Assembly: GCA_048938025.1 (NCBI GenBank)
Contig: JBHLMP010000001.1
Span: 32,001-96,000 of the forward strand
Direction: 5' to 3'
Source: Promethearchaeota archaeon
GTDB lineage: Archaea > Asgardarchaeota > Lokiarchaeia > Sigyniarchaeales > SOKP01
Length of the DNA stretch: 64,000 nucleotides
The first letter of the stretch is position 1; the number at the start of each line of letters is the position of its first letter. Below are positions 1 through 10,825 of the stretch, piece by piece. The notes beneath the pieces were generated by a model. That model saw only the letters and a list, made by a program, of their open reading frames with translations, was not told the DNA's origin and ran no database searches. The position numbers were made by a program, and so were the translations under genes.

Positions 1-1143
1 AGCAACACCAATAACAATACTACATATTAAAGAAGCGCTTAACATAATAATCGGCATTATATCTGAGTCTTCTGGTAAATTTTCTACGATTGTAACTAAT
101 TTACTTCCATTCCCTCCAATTAAATCAGTATAACTATATCCCACATAGCCAGATACTAATCCACTAGCGTTTACAGAAATAAATCCCGTGCTATTAAGAA
201 CATTTGCATCCACTATCCATGTAGTTGTTCCAATATTACCCATGGTTAAATTTACTGGATTGAGCTCTTTTGTATCGCTTTCGCCAAATGCAAGTGAAAA
301 ACCTGAGGGTAGTTGGATAGTTGCTTTACATATAGATGCAGGATATGCGGGAGTAAAATATGAAGGACATAAATATTCTACGTTAACCCTTACTGTAAAA
401 GTTGAGTTAATTGCTACGATTGATGAGCACCTTACAGTTATTTCCCATGGACAAATAAAAAGTGCCCAATTTGCAGAATAGGACCATAAATCTATAAATG
501 TACTATACCCAATATGATAATTAGGGCCTCCGGGGGTGAGATACCAAGGATCATGTGTTATGATTGAAACAATATTCCCCCCATCTTTAACATATCCAAT
601 AACAACTCTATAGTGTCCATAATTACAACCTGTAAATTGCTCTTGTAAAACCACAATTGGGTACCCATCATTTATTAAATTAACTAAACTATTGACATTT
701 GGTAAGTGTGCTTCAAGAGCACCATATCCGATTGGTCTATTTGTGTATCCTGTTATATTTCCTACCATTTCATCACCTAAAGAGGTACTCAATTTACTAA
801 AATGAGCTGCTCTTCTCATATCACTTACATAAGTACCTCCAGAAGATGAAGCTGTTCGAGCTACATCTGCTATTTCTAATTGTGAAATATCGGGTCCATA
901 AAAATCATATACCATTTCTAAACTTGCGGGTCCACACCAATAGCCCTCTTCTTGGTAATAGTGTGGAACTGAGGGAATCACAACTTCTGTTGCAGCAGTA
1001 TGTAAGTTAGAATTTGCTTTTTCTAAAAAATCTTCGGTATCTTCGGTAGCTTGAAAAAATTTAACATTTATAATCCCTATTCCAATGGTTTGTCCTAAGA
1101 ATGTGAAAAGTATAAAAAAAATTGCTCCAATTTTTTTATTCAA
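1..1143 (-). CDS. Secreted/membrane-anchored C39-like (papain-fold) cysteine peptidase, 3' end runs off window
   Basis: Not in the ORF track. Hand translation from TTG at 1143 (GGTG 7 nt upstream) is open to base 1. Signal-like N-terminus MNKKIGAIFFILFTFLG; VPHYYQEEGYWCGPASLEMV (Q..C), GHYRVVIGY (H), ITHDPW (D); hydrophobic C-terminal segment IMPIIMLSASLICSIVIGVA. Confidence 0.85.
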   Translation of the reverse strand, partial: MNKKIGAIFFILFTFLGQTIGIGIINVKFFQATEDTEDFLEKANSNLHTAATEVVIPSVPHYYQEEGYWCGPASLEMVYDFYGPDISQLEIADVARTASSSGGTYVSDMRRAAHFSKLSTSLGDEMVGNITGYTNRPIGYGALEAHLPNVNSLVNLINDGYPIVVLQEQFTGCNYGHYRVVIGYVKDGGNIVSIITHDPWYLTPGGPNYHIGYSTFIDLWSYSANWALFICPWEITVRCSSIVAINSTFTVRVNVEYLCPSYFTPAYPASICKATIQLPSGFSLAFGESDTKELNPVNLTMGNIGTTTWIVDANVLNSTGFISVNASGLVSGYVGYSYTDLIGGNGSKLVTIVENLPEDSDIMPIIMLSASLICSIVIGVA

Positions 1144-1316
1144 TTGATTGCACCAAAAGATCCTTAGTTTTGAAAAATATTCTAGATCTCTATTTTATCA
1201 ATAAACTCAAATTATTGTAAAAGATTTCAATAAACATTAATAAGTTACATTAATATTTAAAAGATTATATGAGCTAATTTGATTAATTTAGTAAATCCTT
1301 AAAAGTATATATACTA

Positions 1317-1661
1317 TTAATTAGAAATTTTTACATAGGAATTTGGCGTGACAATAAGATATTGATCCCCTAGACGCCCCATTGATCCCCCATTTTCTCT
1401 TAAAAAAGCCTTTAAATCTTCTATTCCTCTTTTAAGTTCAGAAATATCAATTTTTTCAAGGATTTCGGTGGCATTTATAATTAGTATCCTTCTACCTAAT
1501 AATTGTTTTTTTATATCTTCAATTTGATCAAGAGACGAAAAATCATATTTTTTAATTAAGAAATTTTGAAGAAGGGAAGAGTATTCTTTTGAGAAACCCA
1601 TTGCTTCTTGTGGAGACCCTAAAAGTTCAATATCTTCTTTATTTCCTTTAAATCTTGCCAT
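1317..1661 (-). CDS. sepF: Archaeal-type cell division protein SepF (DUF552)-like
   Basis: 114 aa; 'DQIEDIKKQLLGRRILIIN' and C-terminal 'GGSMGRLGDQYLIVTPNSYVKI' match the archaeal SepF pattern. Confidence 0.65.
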   Translation of the reverse strand: MARFKGNKEDIELLGSPQEAMGFSKEYSSLLQNFLIKKYDFSSLDQIEDIKKQLLGRRILIINATEILEKIDISELKRGIEDLKAFLRENGGSMGRLGDQYLIVTPNSYVKISN

Positions 1662-1782
1662 AACTAAGACACAACCTATAAAATCATAAAAAACTCAGTC
1701 GTTTTTGTTCATTAATAAAATGATTAAGGGCTAATTTAAATAAAAGAGTTATCGAGGAAAGATTATCATATATACCTGCATA

Positions 1783-3444
1783 TTATTTGAATATTATACC
1801 TTCATACGGAGTTAATTTGAGGTTTCCGTTATATTCTTTTGGATCTAAGGCTTTTCTATTTAAATATGTTGAAAAAATTAAGTTAGGTTCCTGTTTTGGG
1901 GTTTTTGACAATATTTCTTTATCTGAAAAGTTCAAATAAATATAAACTACTTGCTTATTGTGAGTTCTACGATAAGCTAAACATTTTTTATTTAATTTTT
2001 CTAGATTGATAAATTCAAATTCACCAGTTTGTAGCGTTAAATTTTCTTTTCTTACCTTTAATAACCTTTTATAACAGTTCAAGATAGATCCGGGATCTTT
2101 CTCCTCTTTCTCAACATTAACATTTTCGTAATTTTTTGATACTTTCAACCATGGTTTGATATTTTTATTTGGTGTAAATCCGGCATTATGTTTTCCATTC
2201 CATTGCATAGGTGTTCTACAAACATCCCTAGATACAAAAATACCTAATATTTTAACTAATTGAGGATAAGGGAATTTAGTAAACTTACGTCCAATTGGAT
2301 CTTTGCTTGCTTTCAGTTTAAGTTTTACATTTGCCATACCTATCTCTTCTCCATAATAAATGTATGGAACACCTCTCAATGTAAGTTGCATTGTAGCTAA
2401 TATTTTCGCTTTCTGGACATTATTGCCCAAAAGAGAAATGTATCTATCTCTATCATGATTACCATATACAAATGTAGGTGTATAAGGAAAAGGGAAAGCT
2501 TTTTCATATCCCGAAATGACTTTAGTAATCTTTTTAGGCTTAAATTTAGGTGCAATTGATGTAAATTCAAAAAGGAAAACCATATGTAATCCATTATTAT
2601 TTGATCCATAATATTTCCTTAAATCTTCAATAGATCCGAAAACTTCACCTATCAAGAATCTTGTGGGTTCATATTCATCCAATATCCTTCTTATTTCTAA
2701 GGTAAAGTTAAATGTCTCAGGAAGGTTCAAATCATATTTATGATGTTGGAAATAATAAGCTAATTTTTTTTCAGAATACAATCTCCATGTAAAAGGATTA
2801 TCTCTCAAACTTTCATCTTCGTAAATGCTATGTAATATATCTAATCGAAATCCATCAACTCCCTTATTTAACCAAAATCGTATAGTATCAAACATCTCTT
2901 CCTTAACTTCTGGATTTCGATAGTTTAAATCAGGTTGGAAGGGCAAGAAATGAAAATATACCCATTGATCAGTATTTTCATAATATAGCCATGCAGGACC
3001 TCCCGGAAGAGCTTTCCAATTATTTGGGGGCTTTTGCCCTCCAGGTTTTTTTCCATCATGCCATATATACCAATCACGCTTTGGATTATCTTTACTTGAT
3101 GCAGATTCTATAAACCACGGATGTTTAATTGATGTATGATTTAAGACAAGATCTAATACAATATTCATATCTCTATCATGTATTTCTTTCAAGAGTTTAT
3201 CAAAATCGTTCATTGAACCATAACTTGGATCTATCTGACGAAAGTTTGATACATCATAACCATAGTCTTGTTGAGGAGATTCAAAAAATGGGCTAACCCA
3301 TATCGTTTCAATACCTAAATCCTCTAAATAATCCAATTTTTCTATAATACCATTAATATCTCCGATTCCATTTCCAGTACTATCCTTAAATGAGCGAGGG
3401 TAAATTTGATAAACTACGGTTTTCTGCCACCATTTACTCTCCAT
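1783..3444 (-). CDS. GH13 alpha-glucosidase / oligo-1,6-glucosidase
   Basis: WWQKTVVYQIYPRSFKDS, DLVLNHTS, GVDGFRLD, IGEV, GNHD, RTPMQW motifs. Confidence 0.95.
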   Translation of the reverse strand: MESKWWQKTVVYQIYPRSFKDSTGNGIGDINGIIEKLDYLEDLGIETIWVSPFFESPQQDYGYDVSNFRQIDPSYGSMNDFDKLLKEIHDRDMNIVLDLVLNHTSIKHPWFIESASSKDNPKRDWYIWHDGKKPGGQKPPNNWKALPGGPAWLYYENTDQWVYFHFLPFQPDLNYRNPEVKEEMFDTIRFWLNKGVDGFRLDILHSIYEDESLRDNPFTWRLYSEKKLAYYFQHHKYDLNLPETFNFTLEIRRILDEYEPTRFLIGEVFGSIEDLRKYYGSNNNGLHMVFLFEFTSIAPKFKPKKITKVISGYEKAFPFPYTPTFVYGNHDRDRYISLLGNNVQKAKILATMQLTLRGVPYIYYGEEIGMANVKLKLKASKDPIGRKFTKFPYPQLVKILGIFVSRDVCRTPMQWNGKHNAGFTPNKNIKPWLKVSKNYENVNVEKEEKDPGSILNCYKRLLKVRKENLTLQTGEFEFINLEKLNKKCLAYRRTHNKQVVYIYLNFSDKEILSKTPKQEPNLIFSTYLNRKALDPKEYNGNLKLTPYEGIIFK

Positions 3445-3565
3445 CTATTTTTCCACCTTTTTTTTTATAAAGAAAGATTAATTAAAAAAAATTTTTTTTT
3501 GTTTATATAAGAAATTCTCAATTCTAGGAAAAATATAAATTCTTTTCAAATCCTATTTTTTAAAT

Positions 3566-4099
3566 ATGGAATCAAAAACATCAAATTTAATAGACCTCAT
3601 AAAATCAAGAAAGAGCATTAGAAACTTTATTTATCAAAAAATTAATAAGGAAACTTTCAGAGATATATTAGAATGTGGTAGATGGGCTCCATCTGGTCAG
3701 AATAGCCAACCATGGCGAGTCTGTGTTGTAGAACACCCCACTGTTAAAAGAATGGTGGCTGAGCAAACCAAATATGGTGGAATAATTGAAAGTGCCTATG
3801 TTAATTTCGTTATCTTTCTAGATATTGAAAGAGGGTACGACCGTGTAAAAGATATTCAAGCAATGGGAGCTTTCATGCAGAATATTCTTTTAGGAGTCCA
3901 TGCAAAAGGGCTTGGTGCGGCTTGGATTGGTGAAATTCTGAATAATAAAGAGAAAATTAATGAAATCTTTAAACTATCCCCTGATAAGTTTGAACTGATG
4001 TGTGTTATTTCAGTTGGTGTGATTGATGAGGCAATGGAAGAAAAGAGCAAAAAAGAAAGAGAAAGAAGATCTATAGATGAGTTTATTGATTGGTTCTGA
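3566..4099 (+). CDS. Nitroreductase family protein
   Basis: SRKSIRNF, WAPSGQNSQPW, GLGAAWIG motifs. Confidence 0.92.
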   Translation: MESKTSNLIDLIKSRKSIRNFIYQKINKETFRDILECGRWAPSGQNSQPWRVCVVEHPTVKRMVAEQTKYGGIIESAYVNFVIFLDIERGYDRVKDIQAMGAFMQNILLGVHAKGLGAAWIGEILNNKEKINEIFKLSPDKFELMCVISVGVIDEAMEEKSKKERERRSIDEFIDWF

Positions 4100-4118
4100 T
4101 TTTTTTATTTAATCTATC

Positions 4119-4838
4119 TTAATTAATTCCTTTTTTCATTTCTTTTAAATCTTTGAAGAAAAAGGATTCTCCATAATGGTTAAATAAAACTGCTGCTGGA
4201 TTGTGAGGATTTGACCTATCTTTAGCAATTAATGTAGTAATAGGGGCTTTTGAGAGCTTTGTAAACATGATATCATGCCCTACACATAAACCTACTATGA
4301 TATTCATCTCTGTTTCAGCTTTATTTAATAATAAAGCTTGTGCTACAGGATTACATGTAACAAAACCTATTGGATAACCTGTTTTTGAAGTCGTTGTAAA
4401 TTCTTCTGGTACCCCAACATCTGTTTTTTTAATTGAACCTGTCTTACAGCAAACGGAGCATACATTAAAACCATATTTTTCTAAAATTTCTGCTGTTTTT
4501 TCTGCTTCTTTTTGTAAACCTATACAAAATGCAATCCCTAATTTTGAAAAACCCATCCCTTTCGCATATTCTATAGTATCTTTTAGACGAGGCCAATGAA
4601 TATATCCTTTAGCTTCTACGATAGATGCTACACCTGTTGACTTCTTAATAAATCCATCTGTTTTATAAAGCTCTCTTGCTTCCTTTCCAATTTCAGGACT
4701 TACTATCATAGGACAATTCTTCACTTCTTTGTTTACTCTCCCAATCGTGCAATAATTTCTACTATTGCATTTATGACATGTAGGATTAATAAATACATTG
4801 TCATCTTTATCTTTAGAATTTTTTTTTTCATTCGACAT
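4119..4838 (-). CDS. DUF1847 family Cys-rich protein
   Basis: KLGIAFCIGL, CSVCCKTG, CNPVAQA, GLCVGHD, IAKDR..HNP motifs; start moved to ATG 4838. Confidence 0.85.
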   Translation of the reverse strand: MSNEKKNSKDKDDNVFINPTCHKCNSRNYCTIGRVNKEVKNCPMIVSPEIGKEARELYKTDGFIKKSTGVASIVEAKGYIHWPRLKDTIEYAKGMGFSKLGIAFCIGLQKEAEKTAEILEKYGFNVCSVCCKTGSIKKTDVGVPEEFTTTSKTGYPIGFVTCNPVAQALLLNKAETEMNIIVGLCVGHDIMFTKLSKAPITTLIAKDRSNPHNPAAVLFNHYGESFFFKDLKEMKKGIN

Positions 4839-4951
4839 TTTCAATCAAATAATCTATATAGAAATTTTGATTTATTCTTATTATATTTTTTACTAAATCT
4901 TAATTTATTGGAAATAAAAAACACTTGAAATTCCATTCCAACTTAAAATTA

Positions 4952-6271
4952 TTATTTTTTCTTCTTATTTTCTAAAGATTCGACGATATATGGATTGAGA
5001 ACCCAAATACCAATTATAAAAATAGGGATTAATGACCATTCTACAAAAATGGAGATGATAAAAGGCATGCTTGGACTAATCGAATCCCATACAAGTCCAC
5101 CTAAGAAAGGACCTATAATCATTCCAAAGGACTCAAAAAGGGTAATTAGTCCGAAGATCTTTCCACGATGTTTGGTAGACACACGACTGAGAAAGTTTAT
5201 AAATACAAAACTAACTGTCAGCATAATTGTATTATCAATAATAAGTAAGAAACCAAAAATCCATAGATTTCCTGAATTAATTATCAAAAAAGTAACTATT
5301 CCTCCAGCGAAACTTGCAAGTGAAATAGTAAGATACGGATTAAAATTATCTGCCATTGTTCCTAATTTTGGAGCAATAAGCGTCCCTATAACTGACGTTG
5401 GAAGATAAAACCAAGCTACTAAGCTAGCGTTATTATTGATATTTTCAAGCACATAGGGCTGAATAAACGGGCGATAGAGTCCTGCATTGGTAGCACTAAA
5501 GAAAAAAGCAGAGAATAAAAGAATGATCCCTAATAAGAAAATATGAATCGAAGGATTTTCTGAGTTTTTATTATCTACATTCTGTTCTATCAAAGTGTCT
5601 TGATTATTTTCAACCTCAAGATATTCAAATTTTTTATATTCATCAACTTTTCGTGAGAATTGAATTCCGGCGTAAAAATTAGCTATCCCATATATAGGTA
5701 TCGCTCCATAAGTAATAAAAACATTACTAGGATAAAGAAAACTAGATAATCCAAAAATAGTAAATCCTACTACTGTTCCAAGTACCATGCCAATACCTAA
5801 GGCAAATCTCCTCCGTCCAAAGGCTGAAGATCGATGAAATTTTGATGATTTTTCAGAAATAATTGTATCTAAAGGGTTCCAAAAAATATGTGCACCTAAA
5901 CCCAGTAAAAAAGCACTGATATACATACCTATCAAAGACTGCATAATTATCGACATATAAAGCCCAAAATAAGATAAACCTCTACCAAAAGAACCAATCA
6001 TAACTAAAATTCGCTTAGAAAACCGATCTGTTAAATAACCGATAAATGAAGAGCTAATTAAACCTCCAAGAGTAATAAATGAGAAGAATAGTCCAAGTTG
6101 AGCAGCAGGAGCATTTAAAACTTGCTTAATCAAATATGCCATGATAAATTCAATAAAAAAAAAACCTAATGAATTCCACACTACTATAAATATAACTGAA
6201 TTAAAATCAGAGGTGAATTTATGCGAGTCTGGAACTAATTCCTTTTTGCTTTTTCTTACGAATGATGCCAT
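4952..6271 (-). CDS. MFS transporter
   Basis: About 12 hydrophobic segments; GYLTDRFSKR motif A. Confidence 0.9.
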   Translation of the reverse strand: MASFVRKSKKELVPDSHKFTSDFNSVIFIVVWNSLGFFFIEFIMAYLIKQVLNAPAAQLGLFFSFITLGGLISSSFIGYLTDRFSKRILVMIGSFGRGLSYFGLYMSIIMQSLIGMYISAFLLGLGAHIFWNPLDTIISEKSSKFHRSSAFGRRRFALGIGMVLGTVVGFTIFGLSSFLYPSNVFITYGAIPIYGIANFYAGIQFSRKVDEYKKFEYLEVENNQDTLIEQNVDNKNSENPSIHIFLLGIILLFSAFFFSATNAGLYRPFIQPYVLENINNNASLVAWFYLPTSVIGTLIAPKLGTMADNFNPYLTISLASFAGGIVTFLIINSGNLWIFGFLLIIDNTIMLTVSFVFINFLSRVSTKHRGKIFGLITLFESFGMIIGPFLGGLVWDSISPSMPFIISIFVEWSLIPIFIIGIWVLNPYIVESLENKKKK

Positions 6272-6392
6272 ATTATTAATCTGAAAAAAATATCGTTGCT
6301 AAAAAAATTTTGTTTGTGTATGTAAGACTTATTTTATTGATTCTAAAATGAAAGAGAAAAAATAATTTGAAAAAAAAGTGAAGATTTTTTTC

Positions 6393-7040
6393 TCATCTCC
6401 AAAAATGGAAAAAACTAGAAAAAATAGGACCAATCCAATAATAAAACTTAACCCAATAAATATAAGTCACTCCAAGATATAATAAAGCATAAAGAAAGCC
6501 AAATATAAACCCAAATATTACATCTATTGGGAAATGAACTCCTAGAATAAGACGAGAAATAGCCATAGTGACACTTAGCCCAAGGACAATAAAAAACAAT
6601 AACCAACTATTAAAGTAATATGAAAATATTAGCCCAAAAAATAAAATAAACGTTACATGTCCAGATGGAAATGATTTCTGCTCTGATTCTCTCATAAGAT
6701 ATGGAATTCTTATAAAATCATCATGTTTCTTTACACCTTCACTTTCAAGAGTAATATATGGGCGATTTCTTCTGATAAGTTTATAGCGAATAATTGAATG
6801 TATAATAATAGACTGATCAAAACCACCAGTAAAAAGAACTAAAAGATAATAATCTTTAGTGATATAACCATAGATAAACCAAGCTAACCATAATAAACCC
6901 CAGAAATAAAAACTTCCAAAAAAACTGAAGATTATTGCGAAATTTTTACTTCTTTTACTAAATTTACTCTTATATAGGTTTAAAAAGATTTTATGATCCC
7001 AATTCTCCAATTTCTCAAGATAGTCTGATAGTACCGACAT
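6393..7040 (-). CDS. PAP2 family membrane phosphatase
   Basis: RRNRP, SFPSGH, SRLILGVHFPIDV motifs. Confidence 0.92.
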   Translation of the reverse strand: MSVLSDYLEKLENWDHKIFLNLYKSKFSKRSKNFAIIFSFFGSFYFWGLLWLAWFIYGYITKDYYLLVLFTGGFDQSIIIHSIIRYKLIRRNRPYITLESEGVKKHDDFIRIPYLMRESEQKSFPSGHVTFILFFGLIFSYYFNSWLLFFIVLGLSVTMAISRLILGVHFPIDVIFGFIFGFLYALLYLGVTYIYWVKFYYWIGPIFSSFFHFWR

Positions 7041-7467
7041 TAGCCCATTTAAACGGTGGATTTAAGTTAGGATGTAAACATGTCCTTAAAAAACTTTTCA
7101 GACTTTTAATCATCTTGATTGATTTTATGATTAAGAGTATAATTAGTATTATTTAGTAGAAATCAGCTAAAATTCTCCAATATTTCAATATATTATATTA
7201 AAATGAATAAGAAACCATAAGCTTAAAACAAGAATTTCTGAATATTAAAAAGAGTCCAGATATTAAAAATTGAAGATAAAAATAGAAAAAATTTCTTGAG
7301 ATTATCAAGAAAAATTCCTAAATCCTCTTTATTTAACAGAAAGGAACCATTAGATTTAATTAATATTTACTATGTAGAGCTAACAATAGGTTTAAATAAT
7401 AAAATTAATTTTATAAGATAAAGAATAATCAATCATTTTTCAACATATATAAAAAAGTGAAAAAATT

Positions 7468-7974
7468 ATGGTTGAAAATAATGCCTTTTCAGAAGATAGT
7501 TTGTATGAAATAGCGAGAAATAAAGTTAATTTTAGACTTTCTGTTAAAATTCATGTTGGTGTTTTTATTGTTGTATCAACATTACTATTGAGTATTAATC
7601 TAATTTTTAGTCCCACTATTTTATGGGTTTTATTTCCATTTTTTGGCTGGTTTATAGGTGTTATTTTACACACGACTGCTTATATCGTGTATGCTAGAGG
7701 AGTTTATCCTATTGCTAAAAGGGGGGTAATATTTCATATATGTGCTTTTACATTTGTGATATTGTATCTATTTATAATAAATTTGACCACACTTCCAAAC
7801 TATTATTGGGCAATATATCCGCTAATTTTTTGGGGTTCAGCTTTAGTCATACATATTATCGCGTATTTGGTATTATATCGAGGAAAAATTGATGATCAAG
7901 GTGAAACTAAATCGCGAAAAGAGAGAGCTATTGAAAAGGAAATGGAAAAAATGCGAAAACGAATGAAGAAGTAG
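7468..7974 (+). CDS. Tandem 2TM-domain membrane protein
   Basis: Two repeats of H..(F)....L..INL....W..(F/Y)P...W...L..H, then a charged tail IEKEMEKMR. Confidence 0.75.
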   Translation: MVENNAFSEDSLYEIARNKVNFRLSVKIHVGVFIVVSTLLLSINLIFSPTILWVLFPFFGWFIGVILHTTAYIVYARGVYPIAKRGVIFHICAFTFVILYLFIINLTTLPNYYWAIYPLIFWGSALVIHIIAYLVLYRGKIDDQGETKSRKERAIEKEMEKMRKRMKK

Positions 7975-7998
7975 GAGGAAGGGTAAGTTAAAATAATA

Positions 7999-8643
7999 AT
8001 GTGGCTAGGAAAATTTTTAGATCTTGAGGAAGATATAAAAAAGTTAAGATCTAGGATAAAAAAAGGATTTTTTGACAGTTTAAAAAAAGATAAACTCACT
8101 CCTCTTGAATTTACAATTATAGAGACAATTTTTAACAGTAAAGAGCAATCTGGTTATGACTTGATAAATAACTTAAATAAGCAGTTTGCAGGGACTTGGG
8201 AAGCTCAATCAGGCACAATATATCCAATATTAAGAAAATTAGAGTATTCTGGTTTTTTAAAATCAAGAACTGTTAAAAGTCCAATAGGGCCCTTACGAAA
8301 GGTTTATTCACTAACAGAAGCAGGTGGAGAGATTCTAAAACATAAGGTAAACAAACATTATCTTGATCAACTTAAATTTACAGAGAATTTTTTAGTAGAA
8401 CTTTCTTCAATATATATTCATTCTTTTCCAGAGGATGAGAAAGATGAAATCATAAAAGATATAAAAAGCCTCCTAAAAGAAGCATTTGATAATGTTATGA
8501 AAAATATTCCTCCGACGCTTCTATTTAAAGCTAAATGTCAAGCATGCGGTTCTGAGATCAATCGAGAAGCACAATTTTGCCCAAATTGTGGCACATCGTT
8601 ACTACCTGCTATAGAAAATGATACAAAAGAATCTGATACATAA
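7999..8643 (+). CDS. PadR family transcriptional regulator with C-terminal zinc ribbon
   Basis: SGYDLI, SGTIYPILRKLE, RKVYSLTEAG; CQACG...FCPNCG. Confidence 0.9.
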   Translation: MWLGKFLDLEEDIKKLRSRIKKGFFDSLKKDKLTPLEFTIIETIFNSKEQSGYDLINNLNKQFAGTWEAQSGTIYPILRKLEYSGFLKSRTVKSPIGPLRKVYSLTEAGGEILKHKVNKHYLDQLKFTENFLVELSSIYIHSFPEDEKDEIIKDIKSLLKEAFDNVMKNIPPTLLFKAKCQACGSEINREAQFCPNCGTSLLPAIENDTKESDT

Positions 8644-8751
8644 AAATGGATATTAGAGAAAGCCTATAATCACAATAAAATTTTATTATATTTTGTACTA
8701 GGATATATTCAACCTTGTAAGTTTACCCGACAAGTTCCTGTTGCATAAAGA

Positions 8752-10014
8752 TTATTCAATATCTATGCCATATTTTTTAAAGATTTTCAATAATTCATCG
8801 CTTGCTAATCTCTTTAAAATATCTTTTAAAGGAGCTAAAACTTCATCTTTTTGTGCTTCTCTATTTTTACTAATTCTATCTTTAACTTCAAATCCACTTT
8901 GCGCCCATGAATATTCATCGTTGAAAGTAAACCATATATCTTTATATGCTCCTTCTTGACCACCATCTCCAGCTAAAGGTTTTTTTTCAATAGAAACTTC
9001 AGGATCCTGCAAATAACACCAATCAAGCACCACCCACTCTAGTTTCCTTTTAGAATCATCTCGATCAGCAAGATAAATGCAATAAGCATGACCACCTAGC
9101 TCGGATTCTGATGGGGCGACTACGGGATCAGCCATAACTTGAGCAGCGCAAACCTTGACCCTCCAAGACGGTATTCCTGCATTAATCAACAAGCTTGCAA
9201 TTAAAATTGCACCATCCTCACAATCTCCTATTTCTGATTGGATTGATTCAAAAGGGAATTGCCAAAACTCAGGACAGTCAGATGTAAGATCATCATACTT
9301 ATATCTTAGAAAATTGCAAACAAAATTCTGTATTGCCAAGGCCGTTTCATTAGGGGTTTCTCTTCTCAGTCCAATTTGAGTGATAACATGCCATAAGATT
9401 GCATCATCTTTTTTTAAAAATGTCTTGACATCGACATCAATTTCCTTCTTGTACAATTCTCCTCTTAATGCTCTTCCTGTGTATATAATTGGAGCGGTCT
9501 CCCATTTTAGGTTCCAGTAATCCGGTCCATAATCCCCATAATCTCCCTTAAATTCCTCGATGGGAACATATTCAATGGGTGCGACCGGTTGTGGTGCTGG
9601 TTCTTTTTTAGGGATTGTCTTTTTTTGTACGTCAGCTAAATCTTTTGATTTTTCAATCCAGCTTTCTATATCCTTTAGGATTGGAATTTTGGTCAAAATC
9701 TTAGGATTTTCCTTTTTTAATTGCTTTAACCTTTCTAAAATGCTTTTAGAATTCCTATGAGCAAGTTCTTTAACCGAATCAATACCAATCAAATTTAAGG
9801 CATTTGCAATTTTCGGATTAACACCCTCGATTCTCATTAAATCTGCATGTTCTTGCCATGTATCAATTAGTTGTGGAGGAATTCCTGTCTTGCTAGCTAA
9901 CTTTTTGATTTGACTACTAGTAAGTGGTAGCAGATCTTCAACTTTACTAATACCTTCTTTTTTTAGTAGCTTCGCATGTTCATCTTCTAAACTAATAATT
10001 TCAATAATATTCAA
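8752..10014 (-). CDS. DUF4332 (helix-hairpin-helix) domain fused to transglutaminase-like cysteine protease domain
   Basis: N-terminus WQEHADLMRIEGV...GIDSVKELA; C-terminus GDCEDGAILIASLL, GHAY, VLDW (Cys-His-Asp triad). Confidence 0.8.
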   Translation of the reverse strand: MNIIEIISLEDEHAKLLKKEGISKVEDLLPLTSSQIKKLASKTGIPPQLIDTWQEHADLMRIEGVNPKIANALNLIGIDSVKELAHRNSKSILERLKQLKKENPKILTKIPILKDIESWIEKSKDLADVQKKTIPKKEPAPQPVAPIEYVPIEEFKGDYGDYGPDYWNLKWETAPIIYTGRALRGELYKKEIDVDVKTFLKKDDAILWHVITQIGLRRETPNETALAIQNFVCNFLRYKYDDLTSDCPEFWQFPFESIQSEIGDCEDGAILIASLLINAGIPSWRVKVCAAQVMADPVVAPSESELGGHAYCIYLADRDDSKRKLEWVVLDWCYLQDPEVSIEKKPLAGDGGQEGAYKDIWFTFNDEYSWAQSGFEVKDRISKNREAQKDEVLAPLKDILKRLASDELLKIFKKYGIDIE

Positions 10015-10168
10015 ATTTTTAACCTTTAAATTTAAATTAAAATCAACTTGATTAGTAAAAATATTGCACTCTTTTTTTATAAGATTTTACATAAAATTGC
10101 AGACTAAATAATGATTTATAAACCTAATATAACTAAAAATTAAATGATTTAACTTACACAAATTCTAT

Positions 10169-10825
10169 TTAAGTTGGCAGAAGAAAATCCTTTTGTACTA
10201 AATAAAAAATCGCATTAGCTATTTCATTATTTTCAAAATCTAAAGACTTCATTGCTTCGATAAATAACTCAGAAAGAAAAATTTTTCCTTTAGTTTTATT
10301 AGCTATAGATTTAGCTAATTCAAATACTTGTTTAGTATTTGAGGAAATTTTTTTGCCTTTCGAAAGACCAATTTTATGAGGATAAGTAAGGCTTAGATGA
10401 AAAACCTCTTCAACTATTTGGTCTATATTTTCTTTACTTTTTTTATTCTTATGAAAAATTGAGATATCTCCTTGAAAATGATTATATAAGTCTTTAATTT
10501 CTTGACCATATTGCTCTTCAAAAAGGTTACAAAAAAAACCAAGAAGTTCTCTTGTAAAGGGAATGGGCTTTTCATTAAGTATTAAACTTACCCAGATCAT
10601 CTTACCAGCTCTTGTAATTAAATATTTTCCTTTCAGTGTAGCTTGTTCAATTCTTCCTTCATCAATAGGAAAATCTAATATCTCATATTGGATCGTGTCT
10701 CGAAATAAGTCAATTATTTCCGGCTCAAATTCTCCTGCGGTTGTATAATAGATAATTCCTTTTGATTCCTTATGAGTAATAATGAGATATTCAATCGATA
10801 GCGCAATTGTAAAATATTCGGAAAT
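10169..10825 (-). CDS. Hypothetical protein with longin-like N-terminal domain; longer than the ORF-track call, start uncertain
   Basis: Frame is open from 10840 to the stop at 10169 with no ATG/GTG/TTG before 10600. The upstream part reads SEYFTIALSIEYLIITHKESKGIIYY...IEQATLKGKYLITRAGK. ATT at 10825 is proposed as the start. Confidence 0.55.
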   Translation of the reverse strand: MSEYFTIALSIEYLIITHKESKGIIYYTTAGEFEPEIIDLFRDTIQYEILDFPIDEGRIEQATLKGKYLITRAGKMIWVSLILNEKPIPFTRELLGFFCNLFEEQYGQEIKDLYNHFQGDISIFHKNKKSKENIDQIVEEVFHLSLTYPHKIGLSKGKKISSNTKQVFELAKSIANKTKGKIFLSELFIEAMKSLDFENNEIANAIFYLVQKDFLLPT

